This document shows, in pieces, positions 10,311 to 20,000 of a stretch of DNA of 20,000 nt. The notes beneath the pieces were generated by a model, which was given only the letters and a program-made list of their open reading frames with translations, was not told the DNA's origin and did no database searches. How positions within the stretch are numbered: the first letter of the stretch is position 1; the number at the start of each line of letters is the position of its first letter. Where the stretch lies: NCBI GenBank assembly GCA_000934665.2, contig KZ538485.1, positions 51,926 through 71,925 on the forward strand, in the 5' to 3' direction. The position numbers were made by a program, and so were the translations under genes. Source of the stretch: Catajapyx aquilonaris (Eukaryota).

Positions 10311-10840
10311 AGGTGCTAGCCTATAATCTTATCCCCCACATTTCCTCCGCTCTTATCTGCAGGGCATTTGACGGGTGTTGACACTGCAACATTTATTATC
10401 TTTATTCACGCATAAACATATTGCTCCTAATGTCCCTGGTCGCGAATAAAAACTCTGGAGCAATAATATTTCCTGTCTACGTATTATATTCACGCCTTTG
10501 CATGCCAGTGAAGTTGTTCAACTGCAAGCAACACAAAATGCATTAAATTCTGATTAGATTCATATGCCCGCCGTTGCCACAAAAGTGTGACGTCATAAAT
10601 GAGCCACCTTGCTCTAGTGCCACCAAAATTAATTGTTTTATCTAATCAATATATGTAACGGTCTACAAAAAGCCTTAGGTGGCCTAGTGATACTTACATT
10701 TGAGTCATTGAGCAGCATTGAGCCGATGGTGGTCTGTCCACCCTGCAATCCCGGTCCAAAATGGTGGCGCCCGCTTGCCACAAAGATTGTCTCCTTCTCA
10801 GCTGACTGACACGAGTGTCTCTCCATGAGGATGGCGGCGG
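10200..10840. promoter_or_regulatory. Probable divergent promoter region for CIB1-like and TATDN1
   Basis: Lies between the two divergent 5' ends. It has a CRE TGACGTCA at 10588-10595, GATA-type CTTATC at 10328 and 10352, and a YY1-like GATGGCGGC over the TATDN1 ATG at 10831. Confidence 0.45.
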
Positions 10841-10861
10841 CCCAGCTCAGGAAATTCATTG
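10825..10861 (+). CDS. TATDN1: TATDN1 exon 1 ([12 protein letters not shown])
   Basis: Donor G|GTAACT; G+AT completes the D of FIDIG. Confidence 0.85.
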
Positions 10862-11145
10862 GTAACTTCTAGGTCTCACTCTCCTGCATGTGCTGCCTGA
10901 CCTGCATTTGCTTATCACACGGCGCTTTCCCCATCTTCCGTCCGTGTCACTCGCAGATATTGGTGCCAACCTGACTGATCCGATGTACCAGGGAGTGTAC
11001 CACAGGTCAAAGAAGCACCAGCCGGATCTGGACGTGGTCTTGCAACGAGCGTGGGACCACGGACTGGACAAGATCATAATCACTGGTGGATCCTTGCATG
11101 ACAGCAAGGAGGCACTCAACCTGGCACAAACAAATGGTCACAACC

Positions 11146-11215
<70 letters not shown>

Positions 11216-14200
11216 TATGATCGCATCTAAATGATGAACTCTGGATATAGCAGCCACAAGAAAAGTAGCACATATCTAACAAACCTTCACCAAGCTGATA
11301 AAAAATGGCAAAATCTCAGTGGGTCTAGTAATGTAATCAACAGGCTTTTCCATTGCTCTTTTGCAAATAAAACCTTTCTTTAGTGTACTAGATTTTCAGA
11401 AACTGCTGATTTCTCTTCTACTGTTCTCCTTTACAGATCGTCTGTTTTGCACGGTTGGTTGTCACCCGACTCGTTGTGGCGAGTTTGAATCAAGTGGCGA
11501 CCCAAAGGGCTACGTCTGCAGCTTGGTGAAGCTGGCTGAGGAGAACAGGGCCAAGGTGGTAGCCTTTGGAGAGATGGGTCTCGACTATGATCGCACCAAA
11601 TTCTGTCCGAAGGATGTCCAGCTCAAGTAAAAATCGCTGTTAATTTTAGACTCATCTCATCACTAGTAATACACAATGAGTACACTGGCACTCCATATGA
11701 AAATTTACACATGCCATTGTATTTTGCAAGTATGGGGATGGATTCATCAAATGTAAGTCAAATTTTCGTCATAACCGGTAGTAGTTACTAAGAATTAACT
11801 AACTATGGTTACGACTGTTTACGACAAAAATTTGACATACGACATTTGATTAATCCACCCCGATGTTTGCATTAATTTTGTATTTCAGTTCAAAAAAAGA
11901 TTGGATTTGAAAGGAATGTCACTCTGAGGGGTGAGGCCATTTCTGTCACGATGTACACGGCTGAACATCATATCAGTCCTTAGAAATTTACCATCATGAG
12001 AGGAGATCGCTCCCCACACTGGAAAATTTCTAACGTGGACTGCTATTAAGCCCAGCTGTGTACATGAAAAATGTTGCAGGCCTCTCTCTTGCTGTATCAT
12101 CCAAGTTGGAGGACAGAGCATTGAAGCCATTACATAACGATTTACAGCTAAGGAAATTTAACTGGTGTACACCAGCATTGGGTTGGGTATACCAGGGTGT
12201 AAATGAATTCGGGGGACAAACTTGTAGGGGTAATTAGAGGGGACCAAGACAAACATATTTGACCTAGAAACCCGTCCGGAAACGCCATCTAGAGGGGGTT
12301 CATAGACGAGGAATGGGTGCGCTCAGACGCGTCAGGTGGGCGGCGTTAGCGAGCGGACCGTTTAGTTGCTAGGTGGCGCGCGGATTGTACACAACTTTGC
12401 AATTAGCCATAACTTGGCAACAACAGAGTTGTTGTTTATTATCTGTGCGCTACCTAGCATGCTGACTTTAGTTGTTAGGTGGCTCTGCTGTTGCCAGGTT
12501 ATGGTGAATTGCGAAGTTGTGTGCAATCCGCGCACCACCTAGCAACTAAACGGTCCGCTCGCTAACGCCGCCCACCTGACGTGTCTGAGCGCACCCATTC
12601 CTCGTCTATGAACCCCCTCTAGATGGCGTTTCCGGACACGGGTTCCTAGGTCAAATATGTTTGTCTTGGTCCCCTCTAATTACCCCTACAAGTTTGTCCC
12701 CCGAATTCATTTACACCCTGTATGTAGAGGCTGGATTTTTAGGCGAATGTCTATTTCGTTCCTTATCAGTTGGGATAGTTTTGTGAAGAGATCTCATATG
12801 TACAGGATGTGGAAAATGTATGTTTATAGTGACTAAAATGGTTGATTTCGTGGTTTTGGGAACTATTTGGCCTATTTGGCCTTTTTTATGATAGTTTGTG
12901 AACTTTAATTCTCACGAGTTTTATTAGTTCATATGTTGGGTTAGCTTGGGTCTCCCTTCATTGCTGACTACCCCTCATAGGGAAATGTTGTGATGTTGTG
13001 GTGAACTTTTTGCAGTAATTTCGGGACTTTTGGGCATATTCCTTCAGAGGCACATTTGGTTTTTTGAGTAGTATTTTTTTGTGCCTGAAAGGACCAAAAT
13101 CATTCAGAAGTAATACAAATCATGTTTCCGTGACACGTGTGCCAAATATTTTTCTAAATTTTCCTCTGATTGGAAACGGCTATAAGCGGTCGAGTCCAGA
13201 GCAAGTGATACATGCTTGCACTTTGTGTCTTATGCCCAAGTTTTGTGATTTTTGCACTGGTTTGCAACCTTATATTTATACATGAAGCCTATAAAATTAT
13301 TCTGGCTTTATTATTTTCTGTAACATTATCCTCCATATGCCCAAAAAAGTAAACTTTTTGTGCCTATTTTAAGTTTTTTCATGCCTGAAAATCCGGACTC
13401 CAGCTATATGCTAGGCTCTGCCAATTAACCTGCAATGCATTATTTTTGTTTTGTTTTTGTAACTTTTTGGATCCAGATTACCAGCAGCAAATTACTGCAA
13501 GCTGCAGTAATGCATTCAAGTCCACTAATGAAGGTGTGCACTTCATTGTAAGCTACCTACCCATTCATATTTGTATGGCCAGGTTGTAAAGAAGTTATAT
13601 AAGCTAGTAGTGCACAGCATTACTTTCAAGGGCAACTCCAATCCCCTTTTCCAGATATCTTGCAGTTCAGCTGGAAGCTGCCTCATCTACAACCCTGCCA
13701 TTATTTCTGCACTGCAGAGGTGAAGGTGCTGCTACTGACCTCCACTCCCTTCTCAGCTCTTCATACTTGAGATCCCCCATTCCTGGCGTAGTGCATTCTT
13801 TTGATGGCTCAGAGTCTGATGCATCCCTATTCATGGACCTGGGGCTTCACATTGGGATCAATGGCTGCTCTCTACGCACAGCTACTAATCTTGAGTGTGT
13901 TTCCAAACTGCCTTCAGACCGACTCTTGCTGGAAACTGACTGCCCTTGGTGTGAGATCAAACCCACACACTCGGGAGCAGGACATGTGACCACCAAGTTT
14001 GGAGGGGTCAAGAAGGAGAAATGGACACCAGGATGCTTGGTCAAAGGAAGGAATGAACCTGTCCATATAACGTGAGTGTGCAATTTCACTCCTGTCCTGT
14101 GGCAACACTATCAATTAGGCCCCACATGCATCTTAGACCACCTTACCCAGACACCTAATACAAAAGCAAACTAGACCGAATTTTCAGACCTCGAAGTTTG

Positions 14201-14562
14201 GCTTCCAGATGAAAACCACTAGGTATTAGCAGTGACAAGCATGAATGGCTCATTCAGTTGGACATTAATCTCATCATACTGCTAGCGACATTTCTCAATG
14301 CGGCAGAAGAACGAATCGAAGCAATGGCGTGCTAGCAAGATTCTTCTGCCGTTTCGGAAAATGTCGCTAGCAGTGCGACGAGGTTAATGTCCAACACTAC
14401 TGCTGGTCCACCTCCACAAAATGCTGCTTCAACACCATGACATGTTTTTCCATTATTTCCAGGCAAGTTCTCGAAATAGTTGCTGCTGTCAAGAAGGAAG
14501 TTCCCGATGACCTTTGCCAGACCATCTACAACACGACCAACTCCCTGTTCTTTGGACAATAA
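10825..14562 (+). CDS. TATDN1: TatD-family deoxyribonuclease TATDN1, complete spliced CDS join(10825-10861,10957-11136,11437-11626,13655-14071,14463-14562), 307 aa (305 aa if ATG 10831 is used)
   Basis: Motifs [79 protein letters not shown] and GRNEP are diagnostic of TATDN1. All introns are GT-AG, exons sum to 924 nt, and an in-frame TGA lies upstream at 10807. Confidence 0.96.
10957..11136 (+). CDS. TATDN1: TATDN1 exon 2
   Basis: Acceptor tcgcag|[17 protein letters not shown]...LAQTN; weak donor G|GTCACA. Confidence 0.93.
11146..11213 (+). repeat. (AAT)22 perfect microsatellite at the start of TATDN1 intron 2
   Basis: 68 nt of uninterrupted AAT. Confidence 0.98.
11437..11626 (+). CDS. TATDN1: TATDN1 exon 3
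   Basis: Acceptor tttacag|[14 protein letters not shown]...GEMGLDYDR; donor AA|GTAAAA. Confidence 0.95.
11734..11861. mobile_element. Small palindromic MITE (GGGG...CCCC ends, PIF/Harbinger-like), TATDN1 intron 3
   Basis: GGGGATGGATTCATCAAATGTAAGTCAAATTTT vs the reverse complement GGGGTGGATTAATCAAATGTCGTATGTCAAATTTT; flanks TAT/GAT. Confidence 0.65.
12193..12720. mobile_element. Fold-back MITE, Tc1/mariner-type (CAGGGTG...CACCCTG termini, TA target), 528 bp, in TATDN1 intron 3
   Basis: Arms 12193-12428 and 12483-12720 are about 95% reverse-complementary and the outer ~75 bp match perfectly. TA lies at 12721-22 and at 12190-91 (one extra C on the left). Confidence 0.9.
12725..13402. mobile_element. 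hAT-like non-autonomous element with degenerate 20-bp TIRs and 8-bp TSD
   Basis: TAGAGGCTGGATTTTTAGGC vs the reverse complement of GCCTGAAAATCCGGACTCCA matches 16/20, and the start fits the hAT (T/C)A(A/G)NG consensus. The right flank GCTATATG matches the reconstructed left flank GGTATATG. Confidence 0.65.
12907..13000 (+). mobile_element. 5'-truncated non-LTR retroelement 3' end (copy 2) with 9-bp TSD GTGAACTTT
   Basis: Reverse-complement match to ~9232-9330; GTGAACTTT at 12898-12906 and 13001-13009. Confidence 0.75.
13655..14071 (+). CDS. TATDN1: TATDN1 exon 4
   Basis: Acceptor ttttccag|A; LFLHCR...VVHSFDG...ETDCPWC...RNEPVHI; donor AC|GTGAGT. Confidence 0.95.
14257..14395. mobile_element. 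Small hairpin/MITE, ~55-bp imperfect arms, TATDN1 intron 4
   Basis: GTTGGACATTAATCTCATCATACTGCTAGCGACATTT...GGCAGAAGAA pairs with TTCTTCTGCC...AAATGTCGCTAGCAGTGCGACGAGGTTAATGTCCAAC; no clear TSD. Confidence 0.65.
14463..14562 (+). CDS. TATDN1: TATDN1 exon 5
   Basis: Acceptor atttccag|[13 protein letters not shown]...[15 protein letters not shown]. Confidence 0.93.
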
Positions 14563-15883
14563 AAACATGCCTCCCCAAAGAGAATTCCTTGTTTACATGA
14601 GATTCATACCACAAATCTTTCATTTCCTTTTTAAATTATGAAAAATTTAATCATTATTATACTCATTACATGAAAAATGCTTTCCAGCCCTTCCACAACA
14701 CTAGTTATGTACTTGGTGTATTCTCAGACATGATTATTATGCTGCATTGGCATCTTTCTAACTGGACCAAAGTTCAGGTGTTTGCAGTTTGGGAAGAATG
14801 CCTTTAGATCTGGTTGGATTAGATCAAATGTTCAGCCAATGCTGCATTTTCCCCTGAGCTGCAAAGTCCCAAAAATTCTCACCAGGATTTCTGCCATTTT
14901 TTCCCCCCATTTTCAATGTAGCCCTTCGGTGTGTTTTATTGTTAACTGTACAACAACTGGCTCAAAAAGCTGCGTAAAGGCAATGTAAAAAAGGCAAAGA
15001 AGGATGTGAAAACATGACTTTCAAGTCACGGGCTGCAAGTGGGAAACAAAAATTAACTGGTTTGGGGGGGCTGGGGGAGGGGGTGGGACTTATTATTTTA
15101 ACCCGCACAAATATTTACACACAATATTTTTATGTTTGTCTAGTTCGTAATAAATATGGAAACCTGTAATTATGGGTTTCTCAAAAAGTTTGCACAACCA
15201 ACCCCTAATTTAACTCCCCCAAAAAGTATAGAACATGTAAATAAAAAAGTTTGTTGCTTAAAAAAGGATAACAGTTTCTTGATTTTTACGAACCAAAAAA
15301 AGCTGCACTTACAACAAAAGTGTACGGATGAAGGGGAATCCTAATCAACATGCTAGTAAGACAGAGGGAACCAGATTTGTTGACATTGCTCAAAAATCAC
15401 GTAATCTTCCTGAGTTCCTCCTTTTTCTCTTCATTATAGCCGGTGTCAGTATAACTTTTTCCTATCAGTTCACAGACTCACCCACCACATGATGGTACAT
15501 AAACCGTAATTTTTAAAAAATCAAACAAAGTTTATCCCATCCATTGCACTTCCAACAGTCACATTATTTTCAAAGGACAGGGAGTCCAAAAAAAAAAAAA
15601 AATACAGGGCCAAAAGAGTACTGCTCAAAAAAAAAAAAAAACACAAAATCTCACTTTCACTTGCACATTATGTGGGACACATTCTTGAAAATGAACAAAA
15701 AAAAAAGGGAGTGAGTGCATATGGACATTGTGTTTCAGGAGACAAGATTGGGGTGAACAGACAGACATACGGAAAAGTGGGGGGTGGGGGAGAGGGCGGA
15801 GATTTGCATTAATTTTATTAATCTGATCGTACCGATCATTATTTTTTCCCTTCCTTTCACGTCACAGGTTTGGAGAGCAGGAC

Positions 15884-18351
<2,468 letters not shown>

Positions 18352-19265
18352 TTAAATCGAGCATATCAATATGCATCATCTAAATTGACTTTTAGCATCA
18401 GAATCCCACGAAATTATGAGATGCGACTGAAGAAGGTACTAATTTTGCCATGTGGCACTAAGATCTAAGGATCAACACAAGTGAAGTATATTTAAAAGCA
18501 AAATTAAACATTCAACAAACATTACGTGAACTTCCATCGGCTATAATTGGATGATATGCAATAATGTGTCAACCCACAAAAATGCTGAAATTGAGTTAAG
18601 CCCAGGAACCTATACCCAAAGAATTGTACTTTTCAGTTTAAATCAATCTGGCAAAATCTGCATACTTCTGCCATAAATGACTGAAAAGATAACGGAATTA
18701 AGATCACAGGTGACACATTCAAAGCCCTTTTTCTCAAAACTGTTCTCATGTGGGTTGACTCATTATTGCATAGTATATGTCCAATTAAGTTCAATTAGAT
18801 AAATTAGTTAAAATGGCAACACCCAAAAATTTCAAAAGCTGTTCTGATTACTTTTTAAGCAAGAATAGGTTTCAGGCTAAAATATCAAGTCAGCTGCCAT
18901 CCATGAGTGCTAAGAAGCTCCCATTACCAGTTTTCCCCCCCCATTCACTCCCATTACCAGTTTTTCACTGCCATCATAGAGCCAAACTCTGGACAGATGT
19001 TGCCATATCATAGCTTGCTATTTTGTCCAACTCTTCCAAGTTGTTTTGCACCATACTGTCACTTACAAACAACCCAAAAACCAAAGGATATGGCACCATC
19101 CTTATGGGAAATGCCTTTCGGTTAAATTCTCCCAATTTTTTATGTAGAAAATAAGATGGTAATCAATTCTTAACAGGCTTGATTAGCTGGTTCTGAAAAA
19201 CCCCACATGTTGACCACTGTGACCTACAGGTCACACGCTACATCGGGTCAAAGATACAAAATTTC

Positions 19266-19673
19266 AGTCCCTCAATTGGCCCATCTTCGGTACAGTCCAG
19301 GACAAAATAGCATATCATAAATGTAAACAACGGTTTTGGCGTCACCTGGCAACTGGGCGTGTTCGGACATCGGCGTATGGAGAGTGCTTAGCGTTCTTCC
19401 TATTGTTGCCACTGTTTACAGGTAGCGATTGACGCTGGGCGACCTAGCGACAGGTCTAATGCATGGCATCGGAATAAGCGGGCTGTGACCTATAGGTCGC
19501 CCATCATCAATCGCTACCTGTAAACAGTGGCAACAATAGAAAGAATGCTAAGCATTCTCCATACGCCGATGTCCGAACACGCCCAGTTGCCAGGTGACGC
19601 CAAAGCCGTTGTTTACATTTATGATATGCTATTTTGTCCTGGACTGTACCGAAGATGGGCCAATTGAGGGACT
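19266..19673. mobile_element. Fold-back MITE, 408 bp, in a CK2alpha intron; superfamily uncertain (TTCA/TTAA flanks)
   Basis: 181-bp arms 19266-19446 and 19493-19673 with about 6 mismatches and a 46-bp spacer. Confidence 0.88.
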
Positions 19674-20000
19674 TAAGAGCGCGCGCTCTAGGCTACGCTA
19701 TCCATTGTTGCGGGGAGCCCGTCACTGGCCGGCCCGTGAGTGACACTTCTTCCTCTCGCTGTCACGGTTGCAAATATGGAGGTATCGGCATGAAACTGGA
19801 GTATATGGACGCGAAAGAGTTGCACTTTGAGATGGTGCGCTTATTTTTCTCCTGGGGCGATATTTGCGGCCGCCGCGGCCAGGTACAGTTTTTTATTTTG
19901 ACCCGCAATCACTCCTTTCCATGTCGGTACCTGTGAGATTCGAGACCATCACGAGGTTTTTACGCCGAATTACCGTAAGTGTGTGAAAGGGCACGAGGGT

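Noticed and set aside
11007..11282. Poly-Leu ORF that looks like a membrane or signal peptide
   Set aside because: It is the antisense reading of the (AAT)n microsatellite.
11231..11298. Possible C/D box snoRNA (ATGATGA...CTGA) in TATDN1 intron 2
   Set aside because: No terminal stem, no clear C'/D' boxes and no rRNA complement I can recognise.
10825..14562. TatD as part of a prokaryote-style defence or CRISPR system with the palindromic repeats
   Set aside because: The gene is intron-containing eukaryotic TATDN1, and the repeats are MITEs, not repeat-spacer arrays.

Overview
Eukaryotic (animal, probably arthropod/insect; inferred from protein style and compact introns) genomic window. It holds three spliced genes that I reconstructed by hand. 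(1) A complete CIB1-like EF-hand gene on the minus strand: 5 coding exons, 8357->6575, 193 aa, with one GC-AG intron and a probable untranslated first exon ending at 10192. (2) A complete TATDN1/TatD nuclease gene on the plus strand: 5 exons, 10825->14562, 307 aa, head-to-head with CIB. (3) The 3' part of casein kinase II alpha on the minus strand: 4 exons, 18270->15884, convergent with TATDN1, with upstream exons outside the window. Introns and intergenic DNA contain many small non-autonomous elements: two long fold-back MITEs, a hAT-like MITE, smaller hairpin MITEs and two TSD-flanked copies of a non-LTR 3' end. TATDN1 intron 3 holds a three-layer nested insertion. The best second-look items are a tandem splice donor that could switch the CK2alpha C-terminal tail on or off, the degenerate EF-hand 4 and GC-AG intron of CIB, the nested TE stack, and an unannotated minus-strand spliced small-ORF candidate at ~3.6-5.3 kb. 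I see no convincing novel multi-gene system, and most ORFs in the supplied track are spurious or unspliced exon fragments.
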